A stretch of DNA of 64,000 nucleotides, taken from contig MU058221.1 in the NCBI GenBank assembly GCA_013265495.1, forward strand, positions 1,178,001-1,242,000. The letters are read 5' to 3'. The notes beneath the pieces are model-generated. The model worked only from the letters and a program-made list of their open reading frames with translations, was not told the DNA's origin and searched no databases. The first letter of the stretch is position 1, and each line of letters opens with the position of its first letter. Of this stretch, positions 63,588 to 64,000 are shown piece by piece. The stretch comes from Vicugna vicugna (Eukaryota). The position numbers and the translations under genes were made by a program.

Positions 63588-64000
63588 CTACCGAGATGGG
63601 AAGCCCCATGAAAAAGCTGCCAGGACCCCCAGGCAGGGCCACTACTTTCCAGTCAGCATCATTCAGTTCCCTGGCCTGGAGGCGTTATCTCGCTTTTTGC
63701 CTCTGAAACTGCTTGCTTCTAGGAAAGCGGAACTTACCCCTAAGATACTATTGGTTCCCTGGGCTAACTCCTGATTGGTCCATTTGTAGCACCTCATTTC
63801 CATGGAGCTTACTCCTGATTGGCCCATTTCTATCACTCCTGATTGGTGCATTTCTATCACTCTTGATTGGCCCATTTCTATCACTACTCATTGGTCCATT
63901 TGTACAAAGATCATTCCTAATTAGTCAACTTTGTTACACCGTATTTGCATACGATGTTGCAAAATGTTGCAAAGTCTTGACTGGTAGCCTATAAAAGCCT
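63588..64000 (+). mobile_element. ERV LTR U3 region (runs off the window end)
   Basis: CCAAT-box tandem repeats, octamer ATTTGCAT (63943-63950) and TATAAAA (63990-63996) in U3 order. Start approximate. Confidence 0.7.
63811..63906. repeat. 24-bp tandem repeat x4 (ACTCCTGATTGGCCCATTTCTATC), plus a detached copy at 63767-63790
   Basis: Units at 63811, 63835, 63859 and 63883 read directly; head-to-tail with no spacers. Confidence 0.92.

Noticed and set aside
63767..63906. CRISPR array
   Set aside because: Head-to-tail repeats without unique spacers, inside a mammalian LTR, with no cas genes.

Overview
Mammalian genomic DNA, not prokaryotic. It is most likely camelid, based on a Vic-1-type tRNA-derived SINE at 123-266 and cetartiodactyl-type L1 3' ends. 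The window is AT-rich intergenic or deep-intronic sequence dominated by retroelements (L1 of several ages, L2, MIR, MaLR MLT1, ERV solo LTRs), with a few hAT DNA-transposon fossils and microsatellites. I find no intact protein-coding gene, RNA gene or CRISPR array; almost all ORFs in the track are chance ORFs or L1 ORF2 fragments. Three things stand out. (1) A heavily frameshifted MAS-related GPCR (MRGPR-like) pseudogene on the minus strand (~32150-33114), visible only when reading frames are stitched together. (2) Sharp CpG-rich peaks (~7.65-7.96 kb, ~18.66-19.1 kb, weaker ones elsewhere); the first two are old AT-rich repeats (an L1 endonuclease region and a MIR) rewritten by directional A/T-to-G/C substitution, the expected footprint of GC-biased gene conversion at long-lived recombination hotspots. 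(3) An ERV LTR U3 at the right edge with a 24-bp CCAAT/GATA tandem array, an octamer and a TATA box. Repeat family names come from recalled consensus sequences and need RepeatMasker/Dfam confirmation.
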